This document shows positions 28,707 to 42,900 of a stretch of 64,000 nucleotides of DNA, piece after piece. A program made the position numbers and the translations under genes. The notes beneath the pieces were generated by a model, which was given only the letters and a program-made list of their open reading frames with translations, had not been told where the DNA came from and searched no databases. Origin of the DNA: Octopus vulgaris (lineage: Eukaryota); NCBI GenBank assembly GCA_951406725.2, contig OX597817.1:163246001-163310000 (forward strand), read 5' to 3'. Within the stretch, counting starts at the first letter, position 1. Each line of letters starts with the position of its first letter.

Positions 28707-30932
28707 CATGTACATATATATTCAAACAACAATTACTGAATTTAAAAATTGTGCACCAAAGCGCATTGAAGACATCTTAGAATAGATATAACATTATGAA
28801 AAAAGAAAACATCTTGATTTAAACAAATTTATGCCCTCTATAAACTGACAAAATATATCAGCTTAAAGCTTTGAAACATCATCGGCTTCTTTCAACATGA
28901 AATGGTTACATGAAATATAAACATCAAAACATGATGTCTGAAATAAATGGTGTTATGCAATAGAAACAAGAAAAAATCCACAAGGAATCAAAAACATCTT
29001 GATAATTAATGACTATAAACCTGGAAAATGGAACGTGGACTCTTTGTGATGTATTTCTTTTATTTTAACATAGTAGCATAAATAAAATCGCCAAACTTGA
29101 GAAAAGTTACGGAAAAGTGGTAAAATAAATAAGTTTTGTTTGTCCATTTTGTATGCACGCATATACGAAGAAAAATGGGTGATTTTGTTTTACTAGTACA
29201 CACGATCATCCATATATATATAAATATATATATTTCGATTTGTCCCTTTTCTTTCTCTCTGTCTCTCATGTGCGTATATGTACATACATAGCCCCATAAA
29301 GAATATATACATATATATATTCATATATACACATTCACACAAATATAGACTTCATCTTATCTAATGTGCCGCATCCTCACACCTGGGTAAATTTGCTGCT
29401 CTACAATTGTTATATAGCAATACTACACAGTGGCTGTGTGAACTACGAAATCCTCGTCGCCACTGTTATGTCGCACGTTCGGATGTCTTCTACTCAACTC
29501 TTCTCTCTAGACTCTACGTATTGGGCTAGTCTACTTCATCGTCTGGGGGCGTCCGCACAACAACAATATAACCCTCCTCACAATGCAGCTTATTCTACTC
29601 GTAACATTTCTTCAACCATAGAATCAAAATAAACGAAGTTGTATCGCTATTATAACTCAAACCTCAAATAATCACTGAGACTCAGTCCTGCCATCTATCT
29701 AAACACATAAAGCAGTTTGACATTGCTATTTTATATTAGACTTTTTCAACTAGGAGGATCGAATCTTCGCTAGCTAAGGTATAGTCACGGAGTGAGTAGA
29801 GCAAAAATTTGGACACAAATAATCGTGACATTCATGAGTTGTTTTGACCTTGTGAGATCTCCTTTAAAACCAAATAATGCATCTTAAGAACAAGCGTTCG
29901 AACTGAGGAAACCTAGTATTCTTTGTAGTTAATGTGTTTCCTTTCGCGCTAAACTATTGACTACCCTTACTATATACATGGCTAAGGTGGATAAATGAAA
30001 AACAGTGGAAAGAATTTTACAATAATTATTCAAAGAAGCAACATTATAACATTTCTAAACTTAATTCATTTTTTATTTAAGAAAACTGCAAAATCTTCTC
30101 AAACTGATAATTCAAATTTCACCGATATCGACATTTAATACTTTGGGATATATGTTGCTACTACCTGTCTTTCCTATCTGTAATTAATCCATCATCCGAG
30201 GTTCTGCTTCAAAATTCGGACACCAGGATATTTGATGCATATTTTATCAAACATTCTGTTTCAACCCTTTCATGTACAGAAGAAGAGCATTCTCTTTCAT
30301 TACTAAATACGAAGGTATTCTTCTCTACAGCTGGATGTATATAAATATTGTTGTTTAGCCCCTGATAAGCTCATATCGAACAAATCTATGATCAAAGGCG
30401 TACAAGCCGTCAGCATCCCATCATTTTTACAGATAAAACGTTTCTATCTAGGATTACATTATACAATATGTTTTTCCTTCCTAAGTCAAGGTTCCTTGTA
30501 GGTTAAGTAACTACGTAGTCTATCATTTGTCGGCTCGCATATAAATAACGTATCTTACTTTAGGTGCATTTCACATATCAAGGCGTAAAAATGTTAACGT
30601 AACTGCGCAGTGTAACATCAATAACGTTTTAAGTTTTGTAATTAAGTGGGATGTTATAAAAATATTCAGAATTAATTTTTAAGTGAATAATTTAGATACC
30701 GCAGAAAACTAATATTTGAAGAAATGAGAATGATCTTTCATCACCCTTTAACCCTTTTCATTAACCTCCTTGAACGTTTGCTGTGTCTAACATTCTAAAG
30801 ACCAACTAATACTAATTGAAACGGGAATTTTTCTTGGATTACTAACAACTTTATTTGCTACTATACGTTGTATTACATTACAGATGTATGTTTATTTGTA
30901 ATTTGCTCGACTATATTGAAATCTATTTCATT

Positions 30933-30974
<42 letters not shown>

Positions 30975-30984
<10 letters not shown>

Positions 30985-31312
30985 GAAATGAGGTACTCAG
31001 AAATTCGGATGGTTTTATATTTACAGATATTTATTTGTATATTACATGTTTTTATACATCATATAGCTTATATCGTATATCATATATTAGCGCTTTCGTC
31101 CTTTCTGATGGAATTTTTAAATTGCATCCATTCTGGCGGATTTTTCAAACAGTTCAATTTGAAAAATCCACCAGAATGGACGTAAGCGTTATATGATGTA
31201 TAAAAACATGTAATATACAAATAAATATCTGTAAATATAAAACCATCCGAATTTCTGAGTATCTCATTTCTTCTAATATAAAATACCTGTACATCATCTC
31301 CAAACCTTCTAA
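30975..31312. mobile_element. Fold-back PLE-like element in (TA)n
   Basis: Inverted arms about 30975-31065 / 31190-31280, inner hairpin 31127-31180, hammerhead-like motifs on both strands, (TA)n both sides. Confidence 0.7.
31085..31151 (-). ncRNA. Hammerhead-like motif with UUGAAAA (U3-A8) core
   Basis: Minus strand TGT-TTGAAAA-aTCC...GGAC-GAAA-GCGC-TA-ATA; palindromic stem III AGCGCT; 10.1-11.1 pair is A/C (damaged). Confidence 0.45.
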
Positions 31313-31367
31313 TATATATATATGTATATATATATACATACATATATACACACATATATATACATAT

Positions 31368-31428
<61 letters not shown>

Positions 31429-31634
31429 TATATATATATGTATATATCTATATGTATATATCTATATATATACATATATGTATATATATATGTATATATA
31501 TAAAATTGTTTCATTTTTTCTTTGTGATTTATGACATTGAATTTTGTTATATTAATCTTGGAGCACTTTGTTGATTATATGGTTTAAAATACACATATCA
31601 GAATGTGTTACTAGGTGTGCATGTATGTCCTAAG

Positions 31635-31691
<57 letters not shown>

Positions 31692-32090
31692 TGTTTGAGT
31701 GTGTGTGTTTGTGTTAATATTTAAACATATTTACTTGAAAGTTTATGATTTTCGATATGGTTGTAACAATTATGGCCTTATTCTGTGCAAGAGGGACAGT
31801 GATTATACCTTTTATTATAGATACTTTCCCTCTTCCGGATAAAGCAAGGTTGGTGCAACTGTTAGTATTCGACCTGCGATTTCTACATCATTGTGTTTGT
31901 CAGGAAATATGAGTTAAAAGGGCTATTCCAGAGAGTTCGAATCCTAGAGAGTGATGTAGAGTTTAGTATAGTGTCTACAATGGGGATGTAGACAAAACGA
32001 ACGGTGGATAGGAGCAATCAGTAGTAATACCAGTTTTCTAATTCACAGGAGGAAGCTGTGTCATAGTTAGAAGAGACATTGGGATGACTA

Positions 32091-32695
32091 AGGCAGCGAG
32101 CTGGCAGAAACGTTAGCATGCCAGACGAAATGCTTAGCGGTATTTCGTCTGCCGCTACGTTCTGAGTTCAAATTCCGCCGAGCTCGACTTAGCCTTTCAT
32201 CCTTTCGGGGTCGATAAATTAAGTTGCCAGTTACGCACTGGGGTCGATGTAATCGACTTAATATCTTTGTTTGTCCTTGTTTGTCCCCTCTGTGTTTAGC
32301 CCCTTGTGGGTAGTAAAGAAATAGGTATTCCATCTGCCGTTACGTTCTGAGTTCAAATTCTGCCGAGGTCGACTTAGCCTTTCATCCTTTCGAGGTCGAT
32401 AAATTAAGTTGCCAGTTACGCACTGGGGTCGATGTAATCGACTTTATCCTTTTGTCTGTCCTTGTTTGTCCCCTCTGTGTTTAGCCCCTTGTGGGTAGTA
32501 AAGAAATAGGTATTCCATCTGCCGTTACGTTCTGAGTTCAAATTCTGCCGAGGTCGACTTAGCCTTTCATCCTTTCGAGGTCGATAAATTAAGTTGCCAG
32601 TTACGCACTGGGGTCGATGTAATCGACTTAATATCTTTGTTTGTCCTTGTTTGTCCCCTCTGTGTTTAGCCCCTTGTGGGTAGTAAACAAATAAG
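32091..32695 (+). mobile_element. SINE family A with three tandem bodies
   Basis: One head then 185-bp units at 32140, 32325 and 32510; flanked by AAGA(G/A)ACATTGGGATGAC (probable TSD). Confidence 0.9.
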
Positions 32696-34365
32696 AAACA
32701 TTGGGATGACGGGAAGACGCAGCACGTCGTAAGATTTGCCTTTGTACATCTGTGGATGATTGAAGGTGTCTCTGTAAGTGGATGACTTCTGTGGATGCCG
32801 TCTAGAATATGTGAATACACGTGTGTGTATGTGTGTGTGTGTGTGCGCATGTTGTGTGCGTATGCATGCTGTGTGCGTGTGTGTGTGTGTACGCAGCATT
32901 GACGAATGATTAAGAAGTTAAGCTTTGCAATGACAAGGTTATTTGTTCGATCCCATTACGGAGCATCTTGGACAAGTGCTTTTCTCTATAGTTTCAGGTT
33001 GATCTAAAGACTTGTGGGTGAAAGTAAGCTGACGGGATCTGTACGAATTGTAGCTGCAGTTTAGTGGTTCGGGTTTTGTTAAAGGTTAAAAAAGTGTTTT
33101 ACGCTGATTTTGTCTGAGAATTCCGATAATGGCGTGTGTGTCTGTGGATTGTTCAGCCACTTACACACTAGTTCAATGAGGAGGTAATTCAGTTGATCGG
33201 ACAACTAAATATTCATCGTCGAAACCGACAGAGATCCATTTACTTTGATGAAGTTATTTTACTTAGTGTGTGTATGTGAGAGAGAGAGAGAGAGAGAGAG
33301 ATTGTTAGTTGAGAAATATGTCAAAAGCTTTTCAAACTTGGAAGTATTTAATGGTTTATCATCTCTGTTTCTCTACCACCGAGATCAGAAACTATTTCCT
33401 GACAATAATAACATTTCACTGTTTTGACACTTATTTTCACGCATTATTGTACATTTGTAAATCACAGAGTTTCTTTTTCTCTAACATAAACACTACTAGA
33501 TGCAAAAATTGTCCATAAAACCTGACAGCTAAACTAATCCACGATGTTTCAAGGATATAAAATGTTATTTGAGAAAGCTAACTTATTTTAAGCAGAATAC
33601 TAATTAGATGTCGACAATAACTAAATATGTTTAACTTAAAAATTCACAACATATTTGAAACACTCACTCTAACAAAAAGATAGTTAAATAAATAAAATAA
33701 AAAAGAAATAAAGCAAGCAATACTAGTAACATTTCTATTATTCTATATTTCATTGAACAAACATATGATATCTGGCTTTATTTGTAGGAATGAAAATGAG
33801 TTAAATGCAAATAATGGTGTTGAAATGTAGCCAGGATACCTGGAAAACAAATTTACTGGCATGGACTCTGCTTATTTCATTATGGTTATGAAATTTTCAG
33901 TTTGATTAGCTGTCAGCTTTTTATTCTCCAATAATCTGCCATTGGGTGGTAATAAGTTGTATTGTTATTGTAAGCATTAGATTAGACCGATTATTAGTAA
34001 ACAAGATAGAATAGAGCTGGAATGATTTTGGCAATAATCAAGAATGATAAATATTATAACTTAACTTGAGAAGCTATAATTACACACGAAACTTTCTTTT
34101 AGTTGAAATGTTGGCAATTATCATTCTTTCGTGTAAAACTTTTACAAAATATTACATTTGTGCAGAAAATAATATGATTCACTTAGCCTGTAGAATATAA
34201 ATTCTAGAATTAAGAAAAAAAAAAAAATACTGTCAGCATAGATCTAAAATTGCTAGACAACCTCAAGGTAAATAATACTGCCATAGTCTGTACTATAGAG
34301 AAATAGAAATGTAGGTGTTATATACCCCTACAACTCAGAAACAAATGCTGATATTGACTAGGCAT

Positions 34366-34580
34366 AAGGTGGCGAGCTGGCAGAATCGTTAGCACGCCCG
34401 GTAAAATGCTTAGTGACATTTTTTCGTCTGTCTTTACGTTCTGGGTTCAAATTCCACCGAGGTCGACTTTGCTTTTCATCCCTTCGAGGTCGATAAAATA
34501 AGTACCAGGTGAGTACAGGGTCGATGTAATCGACTTACTATCTCCCCTGAACTTGCTGGTCTTGTACAACATTTGAAACC
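34366..34580 (+). mobile_element. SINE family A
   Basis: Full head and body; GATATTGACT repeated on both flanks (probable TSD). Confidence 0.85.
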
Positions 34581-35849
34581 GATATTGACTCGATATTTGA
34601 TTGGGACTTTTAACTAGGTATTAGATTGGGACTTTCTGCACCACTGTATATGGTTTATATATTGTTTCAACAAAAGTTGTATTTATGAGTGTATAATACC
34701 TTAACAGCTACATCACGACACGTCCGTTGTTTAAATGTTGGAAAAAGAGGCTAAACATGTTATCGTCAGTATAATCCCATAACCTAGACACTTTCGAGAG
34801 GTCTGTTTCATACTTGGGATCGGTTGAAAATTTTATGGGGTTGACTATATCCAAATTTGAGGTATTCTTCTGGCTTGCTTTTCTAATATAGTTCAGAGGA
34901 CTAAAGTATGTAATTACAAAACAAATATAATCGCCTCATTCATCAAAATGATAAATGGCAGCGTATATTTTAAATGAATTAATGCATACGCTCGCGCGCA
35001 CACAAGCACACACACACACACGCACACACACACACCTACATTATTCAACTAGAACACAATTCAAACAACAAACTAATCTTGATAATAGGAAAAGGTATCG
35101 ATGTTGGTCTAATAAAAATTTGCATATATTAACTTGTATGTAACGATGTTCCTTGCCTTAATTTTAAAATCTTAAACAAAACTCTTTCTCACTTTAAACA
35201 ATTTTAAATATAATAAATCAGTCTGATTTGTGGAAGATTCTGTTCATTCTTCATTCTAATGGTCATACATACATCGAAGTCTGATTTCGTTCCAACTAAA
35301 AACAAATAATAATAAATAAATAAAAGTATAAAATGGTTTAACATCTAAAAATTACTGTATTGGTGGGAGAGTTTTTGATCTTCTGATCTAACTCCAAATA
35401 ATTGTTTCATAATACGTTTTATTAATATAATTGTTGCATGGTAACTGTTCGGACGAATCATTTATTTCATATGAAATAATACTTTTTTACGTGTCTGCGG
35501 TGATATCTACAGTTAATTGAGGCACATTATCTCAAGTGGGTCTTGCTAGGTATTTACACTGACCGGAAACTAACAATAAGCTATTAGAAGTAAAAAAAAA
35601 AAAAGATGAAAAAATATCTCAGATACCTATACTGTGTTGGTTAATGCCAATGAAAATCCATTTTGTATTTATTGATTTCAGGAATGTTTGGTCAAGACGT
35701 GGGACTAAATTGCACCTTCTTGAGATGGAATTTAATTTGTAGGAACGAAAGTTACAAAAGCTAGTGTTATAACAAAAAGAAAAAAAAAGAATCTTACTCT
35801 TAAAGAGTCAGAATAATTTCGTCTAAATTACGCAAAAATGAAAATAACA

Positions 35850-36655
35850 CTGACGTCTCATTTTAACAGATATATTTACCAAAATTATATAAAAATATCT
35901 TGAAATACTAAAGAGTAAATTTATTCAATAAAATCACGTTGGTTTCAACTACGGTCTCCAGACGACTTCGGAATCTCCTGCAACTCTTCTGGACGGTCTC
36001 CTTGTTTAAGTTGATGAATGATGCCATAATTCTTGCCTTCAGTTCATCATCGATGTTATAAGAAGTTTTGTTGGTCTCTCGCTCTCGGATTGCAGTGTGG
36101 GGAGTTATGTGACCAGACGTTAGGATTGATGTGATCGCAGAAATTGTCTAACAGCCATGACTGGGTTCCCCTGCTTGTGTAGCATGGTGCAGAGTCCTGT
36201 TGCCAGACATAGGGTCTTCCAGCAGCCACACTCTTGACTCAGGGCAACATTACCTCGACCAGGCACTTGATGTAGGCCTCCGTGTTGAGTCTGAGACCGC
36301 ATGGGAAGATGAATGGAGGCATAACGTCGCTATCACTAGTGATCACTCCAAAGACCATGATGTTGACTGGATGTTAGATTTTTTATCACTCTCGGTACAT
36401 GTCCTCAGATTGCACTGTCCCCAGATTAACAACCAAACACTCAGAAATATTCGTATTCGAGCTTCCGGCTCGAATGCCAGGGAGTATAGCATGTCGTGAA
36501 TTCTGGCAGAGTGAACTGTGTCATGGTGCTGTTTTTCTCACAGGCGGTGCCCAACTAACCCTCCTATTCTGTGTAGTCGACAAAATCAAAAACAAAGAAG
36601 CACATGCGCGAAATAAAAAAATATAAAATGGCGACAATTTACCCATTGCATCCTG
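35850..36655 (-). mobile_element. Tc1/mariner (maT-like) transposon remnant
   Basis: Minus-strand ERETNKTSYNIDDELKARIMASFINLNKETVQKSCRRFRSRLETVVE and WSHNSPHCNP (WPPNSPDxNP-like); right end CAGGATG... followed by TA; left end degenerate. Confidence 0.7.
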
Positions 36656-36691
36656 TATATATATATATATATAATATATATATATACATAT

Positions 36692-36746
<55 letters not shown>

Positions 36747-36747
<1 letters not shown>

Positions 36748-36930
36748 CTTGTTTCAGTCATTTGACTGTGGCCATGTTGGAGAACTGCCTTTAGTCGAGC
36801 AAGTCGACCCCAGGACTTATTCTATCGGACTCTTTTGCCGAACCGCTATGTTACGTGGACGTAAACACATCACCATCGGTTGTCAAGCGATGTTGGGGGT
36901 ACAAACACAGACACACAAACATATACACAC

Positions 36931-36996
<66 letters not shown>

Positions 36997-37159
36997 GACG
37001 GGCTTCTTTCAGTTTCCGTCTACCAAATCCACTCACAAGGCTTTGGTCGGGCCGAGGCTATAGTACAAGACACTTGCCCAAGGTGCCACGCAATGGGACT
37101 GAACCCAGAACCATGTGGTTGGTAAATAAGCTACTTACCACACAGCCAATCCTGCGCCT
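36747..37159 (-). mobile_element. SINE family B
   Basis: Full length with an expanded internal (TA)n. Confidence 0.9.
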
Positions 37160-37176
37160 AAGAAAAATTGCCATGT

Positions 37177-37223
37177 AGCCCCCAGTGAGAACTGAACTCA
37201 CGACCCCTGGTTTACAAGACCAA
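37177..37223 (-). pseudogene. 5'-truncated tRNA-Thr(TGT) pseudogene
   Basis: Minus strand TGGT-CTTGTAA-ACCAG-GGGTC-GTGAG-TTCAGTT-CTCAC-TGGGGGC: anticodon arm with TGT, variable loop, T-arm and 3' acceptor strand; D-arm and 5' acceptor strand missing. Confidence 0.75.
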
Positions 37224-37447
37224 TATATACAAGGTATGTACTTAAATATATATAAGTACATATCTTATATAGTATGTATATATTATATTAATCTGCCAGT
37301 ATGGCTGATAATTCGCTTCCCACTTGTGATGACAACATCATCCCTCTTATGTTTATATAACCATATACATCTACATAGATATGCACACATCTATACATAC
37401 ATACACACATACATATATACATCCATATATATATATATATAGACACA

Positions 37448-37491
<44 letters not shown>

Positions 37492-37494
37492 TAC

Positions 37495-37527
<33 letters not shown>

Positions 37528-38140
37528 TATATATATATGTATATATATATGTATATATATATATATATATCCTTTCCTCCCCAGTGACATTTAGTATTTG
37601 TTTACATCGAAGAACTCTCATTCACCCCAACGTCTTTGTAGTAGCCAAGTGTGTAACTGCCAGTTATTATATTTAATGTCATCTTTCATTACAGAAGGAC
37701 AAGAAAAAGATATTCTTATCTGATGTAGTAGTTGAAAGGTGTAGTTAACGGTACGTTGTGGTATTGCAGCAACTTAGTTAATGTTTTCGTCTCTAAAGCT
37801 AAGGAAGTTTTAATATTTGTTCTATTGAAATCTGGAGAGACTAGAATTATCTGTTAAATGACTAGCGTTTTCCCTAGGAGATTGATTCCTACAATTATGA
37901 ACGCGGATCGTATTGATTTAAGAGCCAAGAAGGTGTGCGAATAGATAATTTTACAAATGGAAATAACAACCTTAGCTTTCATCTTGTACGAACGCGACCA
38001 GTATTTACATGTATGTATATTTTGGGCATTCAGTAAGGTCTTGTTAAAATAACAAGTAAGATTTCAACAGACTTATAAGAACTTTAGAAACGTGCTGAAT
38101 AGGAAATATTACGCTAGCGTGAGAGCATATTCAGTTATTA

Positions 38141-38643
38141 CAGTGATCCCTCGTTTATCGCGGTAGATTGGTTCCGAGACCGGCCGTGATAACTGAATTT
38201 CCGCAAAGTAGGGACACCATATTTACGGTATTTATTTAACGAGTATTTGGACTTTTAAAACCTTCCCTGTACTGTTAAAAACCCACCCATTACAGTAGTC
38301 TATTAATAACAAGGACAACTTTTAAGCCATACCACTTTAGATTTAAAAAAATAAAGATTGTTACTGTTACACAGACCAGATTACAAAGCAGAAAGCTGTG
38401 ATTCATCGTCTCTCTCCATTGCACCAATCACAGCACGTCTTAAGTTCAAATACCCCTGTATATGCTTTTTTGCTATTTTACTCTTGTTTTGTTGTTCCTA
38501 GACTAGGAAATAATATTTATTATTAATATTTTAAAGGATTTAATGAAAAATTTTAGGCGTCCATTTATGTGTATATATATTTTTAAAATCCGCGAAGTCG
38601 TGAATCCGCGAAAGTTGAACCGCGAAGTAGCGAGGGATCACTT
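38141..38643. mobile_element. Tigger/pogo-like MITE
   Basis: TIR CAGTGATCCCTCG..TCGCGGT / ACCGCGA..CGAGGGATCACT(T), TA TSDs, subterminal CCGCGAA repeats, no ORF. Confidence 0.85.
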
Positions 38644-39477
38644 TATATGACAATGTGTAGAATGCTAATTTGTTATTTCAAAAAATTCATACGTTAGGCA
38701 TTTGATGATGCTCGTTCTCCATTCAATGTTGAACCAAGAATTTGTAATCTTTCAAAGATATTATTTCCACTGTTTGATTTTTTTAAAACAAAGGAAACGA
38801 AGAAAGGAGGTAAGAAACAAACCTGAAAGTAATTTCTTAAAATTATATGAAAAATATTTTCAGTTATCTATATGAAATTAATAGTCAACAGAACGGATGA
38901 TTAGGAGAGATAAAAAATGAAAACAATCAAAAGCTATTCCTAGTCTTTTGAGACTGGGAATAGCTTTTAAATAACCTCATAAAGTGAATATTTCAAATTT
39001 ACATTCTCACGCCGCTAAATATGGCTGGCTTCCACCATTAAAAAAGAAGAAATTATATATTTAAAAATATAAATACATAAAAACTACTTTTTCTCATTTT
39101 TCATTTTAAATATTTATACGAACTAGCTGTTTTTTTTTTATTTTCCACTGAAAACTTTCCAAAAATATTTAAAATATTTTCTTCCATTAATTTTTCTTTT
39201 ACTTGTTGATCTGGAAAGAGAAGTTAATACTTATAGTCTGCATAGATTGTTTTTGAGACGGCGAGAGTTCTTTGGAATTACGTCAATATGCTGAGTTTTC
39301 TATCTGAAGAGATGATTGGTTGTTGTTGTTGTTTAACCCCAGGTCATCATGATTGAGTAGACCTATGATCAAAGCCATTTCAGCAGTAATCATTCTGTAC
39401 TTTCCCTATGTGCAAAATGTTCCTTACTCAAATGATTGGGTATGATTTGAAGGCAATTTGGCTGCCCCGTAGAAATA

Positions 39478-39993
39478 CCGTAAATCCTCAAGTATAATCT
39501 CCATTTCCCCACCCAAAAGGTCAAAATCCCTAGTGCGTACTATACACGAGGTTAAAAATGAAAAATATTTTCTAAGCAATGTCCGAGTCTCAATTTGCTG
39601 TCCGGCAATGTTTATTAAGACGCCTTTTGTGATGTCGGGCGCGAAAATACCTTAAGCTAAGCCTGAAAGCAATGAAGTCATAAAAGAATCATCCATAGCT
39701 TGCAGTAAACAACATTTATTAAAATAAAAGTATTCAGAACACAGAATAACATGTAGCAAAAACAATTTACAAACATATTTACATTCCCAAATAACAGTTA
39801 AGAACATCACCATTATTGTATTACGCATGTGCGGAAGTGTTTGTTCGACTAGGTGCTGCTGGCTTAATTACGCACGACTCAAGTTAGAGAAGAGGTGCGT
39901 ATTATGCACAGTGTTTAGGTTTTTCAGAAGTACAGACCCCTAAAGCCCCCTGCGTATTATACCCAAGGGCGGACTATACTCGAGGATTTACGG
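39478..39993. mobile_element. Tc1/mariner-superfamily (pogo/Tigger-type) MITE
   Basis: TIR CCGTAAATCCTC(A/G)AGTATA at both ends, TA TSDs (39476-77, 39994-95), subterminal GCGTA(C/T)TAT repeats. Confidence 0.85.
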
Positions 39994-40169
39994 TACCCCT
40001 GTTTTTATTGGCTCAACGTTCTATTAGTGTAATTGTAAAACAGTATCGTTTTAGAAAACAGATATACACATCTTAGAACATTTGCTGGATTTGGAGAAAG
40101 GAACAGTGCCCATGGCCTTTGTAGGCCCTCCTAGTTCGGTGAGATCGATATCTTTAGTGTTCCTCTTGC

Positions 40170-41050
40170 ACTATGGTAAATCAAGACCTATTAGAAAGAT
40201 ATGAGCCAAGAGGAAATCTAGGGGTACGACGTCCGTAGAAGGAAGCTCTTGGTGTAGGTATTAGCGTGAGACTTGATGGTTGGACGTAACGAGAGTGATA
40301 AGTGGAGAGATGAGTGAGACGGGAATGTCTATGAAGAGGTAGCATGAATCTACTTAGCTCCAATGTGTAGAGGATATAATAATAATGATAGGGAAGGCAG
40401 AAGGAGGGAGGAAACAACATGCCTATGAGCGTGTATATGTGTGTAGTTTTCTGACTGTCAGTTGGTTTGTCTATTTCTAAATGTCTGCATGAACAACAGA
40501 GGAACCGTATCAGCTATGAGAGTAATATTTCATATGATTCTCACGTGAGCTTTGTAGAGTATCAAAATTTATTGGGTGATGAACTAACATCAGGTTCCGA
40601 AGAGAAAGGCCAATAGTTGGAATGCATTCCTAGCTATGTTATGGCTGTGAATTTGCCAGGAGAAATCTTCGACGAAACCCAACAATTGGAGCGGTTTTGA
40701 GGGCTTTAGCTGAGTACTGCTCCTAATTAAGTGAAGTGTGGTGCAAGGACATTTTCTTGATACGAGTTGTGCTGGTGTTTCCTTGCTTTTGAAGCAGATA
40801 AGAATAGCATGCCCTCATTGAAGGACGTTTTGTTTCACGAAGAGTATTAACAAATTTCCTCTTTCAAGTAGGACGATTCAGACCTTGCTTCATAAATGGA
40901 AAATTTGGAACTTTTACTCCGAGCTTTATCTTCTAAGTTTCAGCTATTAATGTCATTGGCCAATACTTCTCTAAATACACTATCGTAGACGACAAATGAG
41001 GGTACAGATACTTCTTGATGAGCAATCTGCACGGATGAGTGTGTTTATAG
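40170..41050 (-). pseudogene. CR1/L2-group LINE RT C-terminal remnant
   Basis: Minus strand EDFSWQIHSHNIARNAFQLLAFLF and LELSRFMLPLHRHSRLTHLS, typical of the distal ORF2. Confidence 0.5.
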
Positions 41051-41512
41051 TGATCAACTGAATGTGTTGTACATTAGTTCACTCTCTCCATCAATCGGCA
41101 TTGCCTGTACAAGTGCACAGTGTCGCACACCACAGATGTTGTAGAGGTCGCGGAACAATGTAAAAGGACGTTGTTTTGTTCAAGAACACATTGTACAACC
41201 AGGACCGGTAATCGAAAACACGACCTCGAGATCGTGAATGCAACGCCCTAACCACTAAGCTACGTTCCTTCACAACTCTTGTATTAGGTTGTTATGTAAT
41301 GGATTTATATATATGTTATACTACTGAGACTATGCTAACTACCACCGACAGATAATTTGAGTTATAATAATATTTGCAATAGAAACAATGGGATTAATAA
41401 TTCAGAGGTAATCGTATTGATACAGCTTAGTGCAGAACAGAAATGCATGAAATAATGAAGCACATTCTCATGTATGCACTCCCACCACCGGAACCTCAAC
41501 TCTCTTTCTCTT

Positions 41513-41570
<58 letters not shown>

Positions 41571-41574
<4 letters not shown>

Positions 41575-41907
41575 ATCAAGGAACGGCCATAATAGGCCAT
41601 TCACCCACTAGAAATAACAGCCAAAAGCTTTAACCGCAAAATAACATCAATTCCGTAAACCAGGAGAAAATTAAAAAACATTTACCCTGTAATTTCTTAT
41701 ACGATGCACCGTTTCATCTACTGTAGATGAATGTTATTTTGCGGTTAAAGCTTTTGGCTGTTATTTCTAGTGGGTGAATGGCCTATTATGGCCGTTCCTT
41801 GATTGTGATGTTGAACTTAAAAATGGTTTATGACTATTTAATTTTTTCCCACTAGGCCGCTGGTGGCAAAAGAATTCTACAAAATTTTTTTTGCCACCCT
41901 ATATTGA

Positions 41908-41913
<6 letters not shown>
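41571..41913. mobile_element. Fold-back PLE-like element in (TA)n
   Basis: 77-bp inverted arms 41571-41647 / 41731-41807; 3' half of a hammerhead (GAAA-CGGTGCATCG-TA) on the minus strand at about 41699-41715; tail ends GGCCGCT-GGTGGCAAAA...TTTTGCCACC then (TA)n. Confidence 0.7.
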
Positions 41914-41938
<25 letters not shown>

Positions 41939-41939
41939 G

Positions 41940-42240
41940 ATCACGGGTCCGACCAGACCATCAGATGTTGTTACACATCGCTTGTCACAATGCGTTCGCA
42001 TTGTTTCAGCCTTCAAATGACGTCACCTCGCTGGCTAAGCGAGCAGGCCAACAGAAGAAAGAGTGGGAGAAAGAGTGGTGAAAGAGTACAGCAGGGATCA
42101 CCACCCACTGCCGGAGCCTCGTGGAGCTTTTTTAGGTGTTTTCGCTCAATAAACACTCACAACGCCCGGTCTGGGAATCGAAACCGCGATCCTGCGACCG
42201 TGGGTCCGCTGCCCTAACCACGTGGCCACTGCGACTCCAA
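41940..42240 (-). mobile_element. SINE family C with alternative 3' tail
   Basis: Same head and body as 20138-20525, different distal part. Confidence 0.85.
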
Positions 42241-42241
42241 C

Positions 42242-42336
<95 letters not shown>

Positions 42337-42413
42337 AATATATATATGTATATATATATACATATATTACATATATATGTATATATACATATATTATATA
42401 TATGTATATATAA

Positions 42414-42452
<39 letters not shown>

Positions 42453-42466
42453 ATATATATATATAT

Positions 42467-42637
42467 AGGAGTGGCTGTGTGGTAAGTAGATTGCTTACCA
42501 ACCACATGGTTCCGTTCATTCCCACTGCGTGAAACCTTGGGCGAGTGTCTTCTACTATCGCCTCGGCTCGACCAAAGTCTTGTGAGTGGATTTGGTAAAC
42601 AGAAACTGAAAGAAGCCTGTCGTATATATGTATATAT

Positions 42638-42671
<34 letters not shown>

Positions 42672-42900
42672 ATACATACATATGTATATGTGTGTGTATG
42701 TGTTTGTGTGTCGGTATTTGTCCTCCCAACATCGCTTGACAACCGATGCTGGTGTGTTTACGTCCCCGTCACTTAGCGGTTCGGCAAAAGAGACCGATAG
42801 AAAAAGTACTAGGCTTACAAAGAATAAGTCCTGGGGTCGATTTGCTGGGTGGTGTTCCAGCATGGCCGCAGTCATTTGACAACAAGTAAAAGAGATAAAA
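42467..42900 (+). mobile_element. SINE family B
   Basis: Full length, tail CAAGTAAAAGAGATAAAAGA. Confidence 0.9.
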
